Assembly (NCBI GenBank): GCA_977016875.1
Contig: CDRNST010000115.1
Coordinates: 1-64,000 of the forward strand
DNA: 64,000 nt
Direction of reading: 5' to 3'
DNA from: Pavona decussata
Taxonomy: Eukaryota
The position numbers and the translations under genes are program-made. Under the pieces are notes generated by a model that did no database searches, had not been told where the DNA came from, and worked only from the letters and a program-made list of their open reading frames with translations. This document shows positions 39,117 through 49,900 of this stretch, piece after piece (positions within the stretch are counted from its first letter, which is position 1; every line of letters begins with the position of its first letter).

Positions 39117-40070
39117 TTATTTTCTTAGTTGTTTTTTGTTGACCAAATATTTTTATTTTTACGTTTCAGTTTCTCAAGTCATTTGTTTGTTTGTTTGTTT
39201 GTTTCTTCCGTTCGTATTTGGGTATCACATTTATCCCGTTTATTAAATTATGATTTCCTTTGCTAGTTTGGTAAGTAAATTTTAACCTCGTCATTTAATG
39301 TGTACTGGGTTTCTTTGTTTTGTTGCTCGTTTTATCTCCTTCTTTTCCAGTTCTAACAAATATATTCTGGTATTTTTCTTTATATTTTCGGGCTGTAATA
39401 TCCCTTTCTCTCGAATTATTATTGAATTAAGTTTTAATTTTTCTCTTATTTTCTTAGTTGTTTTTTGTTGACCAAATATTTTTATTTTTACGTTTCAGTT
39501 TCTCAAGTCATTTGTTTGTTTGTGTCTTCCGTTCGTATTTGGGTATCACATTTATCCCGTTTATTAAATTATGATTTCCTTTGCTAGTTTGGTAAGTAAA
39601 TTTTAATCTCGTCATTTAATGTGTACTGGGTTTCTTTGTTTTGTTGCTCGTTTTATCTCCTTCTTTTCCAGTTCTAACAAATATATTCTGGTATTTTTTT
39701 TTATATTTTCGGGCTGTAATATCCCTTTCTCTCGAATTATTATTGAATTAAGTTTTAATTTTTCTCTTATTTTCTTAGTTGTTTTTTGTTGACCAAATAT
39801 TTTTATTTTTACGTTTCAGTTTCTCAAGTCATTTGTTTGTTTGTGTCTTCCGTTAGTATTGGGTATCATATTTTATCCCGTTAATTAAATTATAATTTCC
39901 TTTGCTAGTTTGGTAAGCGAATTTTATTCTCGTCATTTAATGGGTACTGGGTTCCTTTGTTTGTTGCCCGTTTTGTCTCTTTCTTTTCCAGTTCTAGCAA
40001 AAATATTCTGGTATTTTTTTTATTTTTTCGGGCTGTAATATCCCTTTCTCTCGAAATATTATTGAATTAA
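39117..40070. repeat. Tandem repeat, 3 copies of ~321-329 bp, T-rich
   Basis: TTATTTTCTTAGTTGTTTTTTGTTGACCAAAT restarts at 39117, 39446, 39767; third copy more diverged. Confidence 0.92.
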
Positions 40071-40228
40071 TTTTAGTTTGTTTATTCAGCCTGGGCTAAT
40101 AGCTTACATTGTCCCATTTTCCCCCGTAATTACATTATCACTATTTGAAATTATTTATTTTTACCCACTAATTTCATTATGACTGATTGCAATAAACAAA
40201 AATGTAGCAAACAACAGTCTTTGTAACG

Positions 40229-40267
40229 TATATAAAGAAAATGCAATCATGCATTCCCGTGTCATTG
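40229..40267 (+). promoter_or_regulatory. TATA box + Inr-like core promoter
   Basis: TATATAAAG at 40229 and TCATT about 33 bp downstream, ~70 bp before the ATG at 40336. Confidence 0.55.
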
Positions 40268-40335
40268 TACTTTATAGCTAGAACAGTGTAAAACTGGCCT
40301 TCAGTTGACCTGTACCCGACGAACCAACCAGTTGC

Positions 40336-41130
40336 ATGGCCGCCAAGCTGGATCACAGTGAAAACAGAGTGTCGCCGAAGGACAACAGTCCCAGAACAGA
40401 TAGTAAAAAAAGCATAAGCAAGTACTTCAAGAAGAAATTCTGCAAGCTGTTGGCTAGAGTTGGAAAATTGGCTCCAAAGACTGAGGTAAAGGAAATAAGT
40501 TCCCCGTCGTTTTGTGCTCTGTCTCCAAAGGTTGAAGCAGGGTTTCCAGAAACCAAGAAATTGCCTTCAAAAAATTGCATACCATCACCAGATCCTGAGA
40601 AGTTCTGTTCTTCTGAGGCAGGAAAATTGTCCCAAGAGATTAAAGAATTACCCTCAAAGACAGATGAATTGAGCTCAAATGTTGTCGAAGCGCTCCTAGG
40701 ACCGATCAGCATTCCATCGGACATCACCAAAGTGCCTTTACAGGACACAGGACTGCCGCAGAAGACCAACCAGTTGTGCTTCAATAAAGGGCGTGATGTT
40801 CAGCCGGAAGTTTTCATCTTTCCAGACGTACGTAAACAGCCATCTGAGGTCCAAGAAGATGGAGGAGTATTTAAGCCCCGAAGATTTAAATCTGAGGGGG
40901 AACAACGTACATTTGGAAATGCACAACAGCAACGACAACGTATGGTGAGTGTGCCATGTATTAACAAATATGCCCAGATTATTTCCGCCCGCGGAATACA
41001 ACTAACCAGCGCAGCTAACGAGCTGAGCGAGGAACAGTGTCGCTTGCTGTACGAAGACATTTTCAAACCACTTGACGTCTTCTCCATTTTACTGGAACGA
41101 AGGAAAAAAGAACATCTAGGACAGTTTTAG
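40336..41130 (+). CDS. Single-exon uncharacterised protein (264 aa)
   Basis: Intact ATG-TAG ORF, good start context GCATGG, upstream TATA/Inr, AATAAA at ~41237; no TE motif recognised. Confidence 0.7.
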   Translation: MAAKLDHSENRVSPKDNSPRTDSKKSISKYFKKKFCKLLARVGKLAPKTEVKEISSPSFCALSPKVEAGFPETKKLPSKNCIPSPDPEKFCSSEAGKLSQEIKELPSKTDELSSNVVEALLGPISIPSDITKVPLQDTGLPQKTNQLCFNKGRDVQPEVFIFPDVRKQPSEVQEDGGVFKPRRFKSEGEQRTFGNAQQQRQRMVSVPCINKYAQIISARGIQLTSAANELSEEQCRLLYEDIFKPLDVFSILLERRKKEHLGQF

Positions 41131-41690
41131 TCAAGATAAAGGCGTAAAACTACGCGTAAATGATTTTGTTTAACCCTTTGAAGGTTAAGATAAATGTGAT
41201 GTAAATATACTGTAAATTATAATTACTTTTAATGTCAATAAATGAGCAACTAACTTGAATATAAAAAAGCGTTAACCATTTCTGTAAACGACCATTTTCA
41301 TGCAAGATCGTGTTATAAATGAAGGTGTATTACAAAGCCAATGGTGGAATTGTAGTAAAGTCGTTTAAACCCAATTACGATTTAACCGTTGTTCATGGAG
41401 CTTGTAAAGGTTTTGAGCGGCCTCGGGTAATGCTCAGTTCGTCGACCGGAAAATGCTCGGTCTTTTTTTTTTTCCAGCTGTTGACATTTACAATTTAATG
41501 AACAACAGGCTTAACAACACGCTTTCTACCAAATGTACCTTTTAAGCCAGCGATGCACGAGGCGACTTTATACGTGGAGCTCGTCGAATTTAATCAAAAG
41601 TACGTTTCGTCGCCTCCCACGTTTTAAGGGGAGTCTTATTAGGAGGGTAATACGACTCCTAAAATCCAAAAGGTGGGGGGAGGGGGGAAG

Positions 41691-42770
41691 ACAAGGAGCG
41701 AGAGCTTGCACCCATGTTTCAGGAGTTTGAATGCCGTCCCCAATACTTCCCACGGTTTCCTGCTGTCCTAGCTGTCAAAGTATGGCCAATCAACGCAAAG
41801 TGGAAACAATAGGAAGCGTAAACAAACACGGGAAGGGTAAATTTCCGGCTGACTTGCCTGCTGGCTGCGCAGGGAACAAGCGTTGCTGACAGAGCTACTC
41901 CAAGGAAGGCCTGTTTAGCGAGAAAAACGAAAGCAGAAAATCTAAACGATTATTGTAGATGTTGCAAGGTTTCGTTTCAAGTTTGCTATGTGAATTCACG
42001 GGAATAGATTTCGTCGTTAGGATCTCAATTTTGTAGCCGGATCACCGAGAACGAGGATGTCATTCTCAATCTAGATAATATGGTTTCATTGGAACAGTCA
42101 ACACGCGTGAAAGTTGGGATATTGTGGCCGAGTGGCACACCACACCAGACGTGGGAGTGCCATATCAAAAGGAAAAAATTGCTCTTCTAAAGAAAAGCTT
42201 GTAGGTCGTTGCTAACTCCGTACTGTTTCACTCTGATTTGAGGTAAGATATTATGAAAGCTTTCTGACGTAAGCTGAACGCCGAGTCAAAAAACATCAGG
42301 AAAGTAATTGCTGTCCATAAGTTTTTCGGCTGAGCCAAACAAAGCTGATATTTGGCCGACCTTAACTCTCCATCTGAAACATCGGCAACCGAAGTGTCAG
42401 AACCGAGCTTCTGCAATGTGGTCATCGATAACACTTTACAATGGGCAGCAGACACTGATGTTGATTCCTTTCAATTGCTGCCGCTGCAGCAAAAATATGA
42501 AATATCACATTTTTGTCAAATCCCGTAGGTAAAGCTGCAAGAACATCGCTATCTTGAAGTAAAGCATTGCTTGACGTTGTCGGGTCTTATTATGATATTT
42601 CGAAAAATTCTCCCAAGCTTCACGGATGGAACCTCCGCTTTCCGCCACAACGTACGCGAAGAGTAATGACGTATCACCAAATTAAATATCTACCAATCAG
42701 CATTTTGCATCGACTTTTTCGGTGTAGAAATTCAAATATCCCGAGACATGGTTGCAAGCTCTCCCCTCCC
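41691..42770. mobile_element. Internally deleted AcademH-type element #3
   Basis: Inverted GAGAGCTTGCA.CCATGT.TC.GGA..TTGAAT ends; YCRCC zinc-finger start on +; DVLAALPTGFDK RecQ Walker A remnant on - (~42510-42550). Confidence 0.6.
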
Positions 42771-43621
42771 AATTGAAAAACTCTGAAAGCAGTATTGGAG
42801 AAATATGGATGTCACTGGATCACAGTGAATGACTCTTGTGGTCAACCTTTTGTTAAGTACACGTTTTTTGCCTGAATGGTCACATTTGCACGCCAAAGGT
42901 ATAAGCAAACCCATTAAACCACCGCTTACCTTTTTTAATAATAATAACAAATCTTTAAACAATGAGATGCCGAAGCCAAGGTGGTGGTCAGGCGAAGAAA
43001 ACAAGTCGATCATACAAGATGTTATTGCTACGTTTTAATTCCAAAGAAAAATACAATTAGATAGATGCCACATAACAAAAGCCAGCTTATTTATAACCCC
43101 TTCGTCCCCGAGAAACCAAACCTCGTATACCTCCAAACCGTGTAATGGGGACATTTGGCAGCTCTGTCTAAATCGCGTATTCAAATTTTCACTTTTTTAA
43201 CAAACGTAAGAGAGCTGAGTACAAGATCATCACTCTTCGTTAAGTGTTCGTTTTAAACAGGTCGGAAAACATCAATTGCGTTCTTTCTTGATCATGAGTA
43301 CCTCGTATAATTATTTGCTTGAGCAAATGGTGAAAGAGCCAATACTCCGGGTTAATTAAGTGAACTAATTCATCATAAAATTTAATTTTTAAATTACTTT
43401 TCTTTCCCCGGACTTTTGTATGCAAGGGTAAATTAGGCATTTTCAAGAGAAGTTAATTACAGTGCAGTCAAACATGCCCTGACCGTAACTCTAAAGTACA
43501 TGTACTCCTTATTACGTACGGTTTACTCGATCTTAGAGCGACGTTAAATGAAATATAAGTTCTACTGCTGACAAGCGCGCACTGAGATGTCTGCATTACT
43601 CAGAGGAAACCCCAAACCGGT

Positions 43622-43974
43622 TTAAAGTCGACTGTCAATGTTTAAGTCCAGAGACTGTTCAGGTATATTCTTCAAGGAGACCAGTTGAACCATTTCCTTG
43701 TGTTCATCAAACTGCTTCTCCCTAAAAGTTGAAACTGTATCGTTGCTGCTGACAATGCTGTCTCGAGTACCTTCACATCGCTTTTCAGATTTCATTCGCT
43801 TATTCAAATATTTCATCTTTGCTTTCATCTCCCGAATTTCACGTTTCCGCTTCTTTATAATAGGACCTATCTTCCTTGTCATGTCTCGATAGAATGAGTC
43901 CACGAAATTCTTCATCTCTCTAACGAGGGACTCTTTGTAAGCAAATTGGTTGGAAGAGGCCTTTAACTTTGTAT
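43622..43974 (-). CDS. Last exon: cytoplasmic basic coiled-coil tail ending DSRL*
   Basis: ttcttcag|AT ACA AAG; phase 1 matches upstream exon. Confidence 0.8.
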
Positions 43975-46900
43975 CTGAAGAAAAAGAAAATGATATGGCC
44001 AACGAAAATTTACGGGCATTGTTCGATGCTGGAACGGAAGTTACGTACTAGCTCCTCTCCACTTTTTTTTTAATCGCTAGGCAATAGCCGTGGTTACATT
44101 GCACCGTTTATAACGATAATAGGCTAATTTAGCAACAGAACGGGAACGTAATTTGAGGACGCGAGAGCTCGCGGAATAGTCTGAACACGAGTCTATTTCG
44201 ACTATATATGGGCATTCTTGATGCGCACACCGTTATTAACTGACGTTCCCGTTCTGTTACTAAATCAGCCTAATAGCGCTCTAACCACTTCCAATCATGT
44301 ATACCTCTTACTAACCCACTTTGTTGTCAGGCATGTAAGAGTGAGTGAGTGAGTGAGTGTCCGTAAACAAACAGGTCTACAGCGCGTGCACAGCACTACC
44401 CACATGTACGTAATGCGTACCTATTTTTTCCTCCTTGATTTCGGGTGGCCCATAAATAAAGAGAAAACGAGGATCCGTACCTTACGGTAGGGACCGAGAA
44501 AACGAGGTTAGTAAGATATTTACTATATCTCTGAGGTTAATCGGGCATCAAACTTTCAAATTTAGTGGGCCGTACAGTGAAATACAGCCCGCAAAACTGA
44601 CCAATCACATCGTGCGTACTGAGAAACATGATATATTTATTTACTAATTTCTTTATAAACGTAATTCCATTTTGACACAGCATTATGGCCCCTAAATGAC
44701 ATCTAGTTGAGGGAAGATATACTTTCTTCAAACCCGCCATTTAAGGAAGTCACATCGTGTCAAACTCCAATTTAGTTTAATATCACAAAAGCAGCCGCGG
44801 ATTAAAATAAAAATTATTACTTTGCACGTAGAGTTTGGCATATTCTGATTTATAATATAAAGGAGGGAAATTCAATTTCCTACGTACAGCGAAGAATCTT
44901 GCTTGCAGTCACATTAATGAACCAGCACAAACCAGCATCTGAGACAAAATTGCCGCTTTATAATTATGTCTCAAACGCAATTACTTACTGANNNNNNNNN
45001 NNNNNNNNNNNNNNNNNNNNNNNNNNNNNNNNNNNNNNNNNNNNNNNNNNNNNNNNNNNNNNNNNNNNNNNNNNNNNNNNNNNNNNNNNNNNNNNNNNNN
45101 NNNNNNNNNNNNNNNNNNNNNNNNNNNTACTTTTAGTCAGTCAGTCAGAGTGAGTGAGTGAGTGAGTGAGTGAGTGAGTGAGTGAGTGAGTGAGTGAGTG
45201 AGTGAGTGAGTGAGTGAGTGAGTGAGTTAGTTAGTTAGTTAGTTACCCCATTTTTCACCTTTGTTTCTCCGCCGAATGTATACAAAAAAGTGATAGGAAA
45301 GTCCGGTTGTGATAGCCATTCCCAAGAGACCAAACAAAGAAGCGATGGAGATGACGAACATTTGCGATGAACCATCAAATAATCCTGTACTTTTCTCCAC
45401 CACCGCATCTGCCGCAGGTGCCTGTGGAAACCAGTGAAAAAATAAAAAAGAAATATTTTGCTCAGTCCATATTTAGTTCATTAATAAATAAATAAGTTCA
45501 TTAATAAAAAGTTCATTAATAAAATTAACTGTCTAAATAATACGTGAATGTCATCATTATGGGTACCTCGATGTTCGACCGAGGGTGGTGCTTCAACATT
45601 CGAAATTTTACGTTCAGCTTTTAAGGTGGCTCACAGTGGTTTCAGCACTTTCTATCAATTCTAATTTGATAGATCAATCTACCACTCTTAGTCAATTGAT
45701 ACTGTACTTATGGTATAAATGCCTGGTCATTGGTAAACAGTTTTTTTTTACTTAAGAGATTACCTAGCAACAATATAACCTGTTAAAAACAGCCCAAATT
45801 TGAGCTTTAAGTGATAATAACTCAAAAACGAGATAAGTGCCCCAATTTTTTATTTTTCAATTGTAAAAACAATAATTTAAAGGTTTGAAATTTTCGAAAA
45901 TTTAAGGTGGCCCTGAACCCCTCCCTACAAATATTTCTAAACTCTGCATGAAGTTGTATCTGTACATGTGATCATAATCCCCTAATAAGAAATGGGGGTC
46001 ACCAATATTGTTTCTGAGTTATAACTAAAATTAGAGGTCCTTTAACTACTTTACTAATAACTGTGGTCAGCGGTCGGCTTGCGAGATGGCGGCGGATTTT
46101 TCGAGCTTTGAGGAAATTCGCAACTCCTAGGTGTCCTTTATCCCTAACTTCATGTTAGTATCTTGCCATGTGCCGACTTGTCAATTTATTTTAATTATTT
46201 GTTGTTTGGCTAGCTGGCTTCTCTAGCCCTCGAGGTTATTCTAGGCAGCTAGTGTCGTATTGTATTTTCAGTTTAGTTATTTTTGGATCCCTTCTGTAAC
46301 TGTTGGTACATATAAAGGTGGTGTTGCGCTTTAATACCACTATTGTAGTATCAACCGATAAAGATTGGTAGTAACGATCCATGAAATTAAAAGAGCTGGG
46401 AACCGTTGTGAATCACCTTAATTTATTTCCTCCCCTCCATGCTTATATGTTCATAACCTCTTATGTTCGTAACTCTTCTTTCAATAGCTCTTATCCTTGT
46501 TGGAACTCAAAGCCGGACAAAAGAGGAAAAATCACTCAAACAGCTGACTCATTTATTATGTAATATATCAAACACGAGAAGGTGTGTTTCGTCAGATATC
46601 CAAACATTGAGAAGTAGGTTGGAAAAACGAGGGGCAGCCGAGTTTTTTTGAACGACTTCCAGGTGTTTGGATATCTGATGAAACACACTTTCGAGCGTTT
46701 GATATCGCTTCTCAAATGATCAATAATTCTTGGAGAAATTCAAGGCTAAAGTTGGCAAAATTTTATGGTAATTAGGATCACATATCCAAACCACGGTCAC
46801 GGTAGTGATTTTCTTTGTTTTCTCTTGATGAATTATTAATGAGTTTGAGAATCATTATTCTCATCTATTTACTAGGCTTAAACAAATATACCATAACATC

Positions 46901-49900
46901 TATCCGTTGCGCAGGTTACCAACTATCAGTCAATCTTTTCAAACACCTTTTCAACTGGAATTTTGGTTTCTGTTCGTTTAAATAGCTACCACTGAAACCT
47001 CCTTGTTGTTTACATACACTTCTCCTTTTAAAAACAAAAAATGCTTCTTAACCTCAATTGTCTTTGTCATATTCCTGATGGTCTGAAATATTTCACTGAT
47101 GTGCATGTCGATGTAATCCCGACATCTTTGTTCAACATTCCTTGCCGCCCCTGAAAGCACCACTCCATAACCAAATGGCCGATCAAGAATCTGCTTCACA
47201 AACACGCGCTCGTCAAAAAGCGTTTCTTTGTGCTCAGCTGCAACGTAAGTGTCAACCAAAGCGCCCTGGATCTCGTCCTCTTCCAAGGCTGTTTGAATGT
47301 CATCCAAGTTGTTATATTGGCGTTCTGTAAATTAAATGATCAAGGAAGAAAACTGTATTCATTAAAGATGTTTAAATTCATGACTTACGATGATTTGTTT
47401 TTTGGTGGGGAGGGGAGGGGAAAACAGTCGGACAAAGTATGGTGAAAAGAAAATATGTCATTTGCTAGCATCCACTCCAGATAGAGTAGTAATGCCACTT
47501 TCAACTTCCTGCTACAGAAACCCAAGATAAGCACTTTCTTGTTGATCTTCCGTATATTTTAGAATTCAGTCGGACCGAATTTATTTTCCACCATGAATAT
47601 CCTTAGCTATTCTTATTTTAATACTTCTTGCCTTCATTTTTCTCAGGGTCGAGAAATCTGCTGTCAAATGTAGCAGCCAGAAGATTTAGATGCCTTTCAT
47701 GGTTTCTACACTAGTAAAATAAGAGCGTTTGGTATCTCCTTTCGGATTGTGTCCCCAAATTACAATGAGATTTTCCTAAGCTATAAGGCATTGACACGTT
47801 AATAAAGTTTTTATCTTATCTTATTTACTTAAACACACAACCGTTTGCTCTGACAGCCTATGACGCAGACGCTAGTCTCTTCTTCTACTGTAATGTTGTC
47901 TTGTCGGAACTAAACGTTCGGCGTGCACAACCGATGTGTCCTAGATAAGTGTAAGGTGTCTCGAGTTTGTTTACTACTATTGTAAAGTAGATGTTATTGT
48001 CACGTTAATAAAGTTACTGTTGTTGTTGCTCACTTGTGTTTACTCTCGCGTTCTTGAGAATTCCCAGGCGGTATTCTGTAGAGTTCTGAATGGCCCCTAC
48101 CTAAGTTGTAAAAATTAAAAAAAGAAAAGCATTATACGAGGGCTAAAACGTGACAAGACATACTTTTTCCCCGAGTATGTCTGTCACTGACTGAAAATAT
48201 AAATCTATCCTTTATTCACCAAGCTTCGCATTTATTTTACAAAGGACATCTCATTGACTCTCATTGAGTTTACAAGCGTCAGAGGAGGGGGAGTGGCCTA
48301 GTGATAAGGGCGCCGGACTTGAAATCCGGATGTCCAGGGTTCAAGTTCCGCCTCGGCCACGCTTGTAAATAGCGAGGTGGGATTTTTAACATGTTATGTT
48401 CGATTTGATAATTATTTGTTTCCCGTTATTTCTGAGTGGAATGCCTGTAAACTAGCTGTGGATAGCTAAGTGCATTCCACTATAAACAAAGCATTTATTA
48501 TTTTATTTATTTTTTATTAGCGTCCAACATCGTTTCAATATAGGGACTAAAAATGTGCTCTCTCGGGGCTTTGTTGTTCAACAGAAATATCTCCAAAGTA
48601 AACCTTGTGATAAGTTCTCGAGTACCCCGCGAGCAGAGATCCTTTTGAACTTCCTAGAAAATCGGGAAGATCGTGAGAGTAGTCTCTCGATGGATGATGA
48701 TATTACAATCAAGCTCACAATGGAAGACAAACGAGAACAAGCCACACTTTTATTACACGTGTGTTATTCTTAACTCTTTGAGCAGTTTTATACATTGATT
48801 TGACTGGCCCACAGTTAGTTATACGAACTAGTTTATGTCGGACGCGTCAACTAAGCCATTACCTATTCTAGAAAACAGTTATCCTTGCTCTACCCCTGGC
48901 GTTGATAAAAAAAAAAAAACAAGAAAGAACTTTTTTCTTTGTAACCCTTGCGGGGGTACAATTTTGAACTTACCTCTCTACCGTAGAGCATAATTTCCTT
49001 GTCCACGGTAAGAGATGTCAATGTCGTGGCAATATTACCAATCAGAATAGATATTATTACGATTCCAGCTAGTGTCCACATTATACCAAAAATACGTGCA
49101 GTGAGGGACTTGGGCGCTCGGTCACCATATCTGCCAAAAACAATCAATCAAGGAATTTAGATGAGACTAGGAATACAGTAGAGATCACTTTCCAAACCAC
49201 CGAATGTTCTTCAATTGTCGATGAAAGAATTTAAAATAGGTTAAACACTGATGGCATGTTATCATTGAGACGCAACGGATTATGAATGTAAGTGTTATTT
49301 GTATGCTCCAAAATTTAAATAGTGAGCCCGTTAGGAAACGTTCCACTCGCGTATTCCTTTGTCCATGTATGAAGAAAATGTTACGACCAATCAGGAGCCG
49401 CGTGTTATATTTTTTGACGTGTGCGTAGTGGCAGCGTTTCGTTTAGCGGAGCTACAGAGGGAGATTTTACCAGTTTGACTTCAGATAATTCCAACGTTTA
49501 AGTAAATTTGTTTAGCAAAAATAACATGATACAAATCAACTCCGAAAGCGTCTTTTGCAGAATAACAACATGATAAGTTTTTAACATCAATTGGAAACTC
49601 GGAAAAAATCCGAGCCCCAGATGGGATTCACGGAGAGTCGTGGGTTTAAATCCCATCTGGAGCTCGGATTTTTTCCGAGCTTCCAATGAATGCGAAAACT
49701 TATCATGTTATTTCTACAATACTCTGGTTGGATGGTTGCATCTCTGATATCCCTTAACGTGACTGCGCGATTCAGTTATGAGTCATATGCCTGTCTGATA
49801 TGCCTTAATGTGACTGCGTTGTGCAGTTATAAGTCATATAGGCCTGTATTGATTTGACTGTGTCACTGCGTAATGCAGTTCTAGTCAAAAACCCACATTT

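Noticed and set aside
39117-40070. CRISPR-like array
   Set aside because: Whole units repeat with no unique spacers; eukaryotic context
48283-48360. tRNA-Ser(TGA)
   Set aside because: No long variable arm or proper acceptor stem; continues into SINE body and tail
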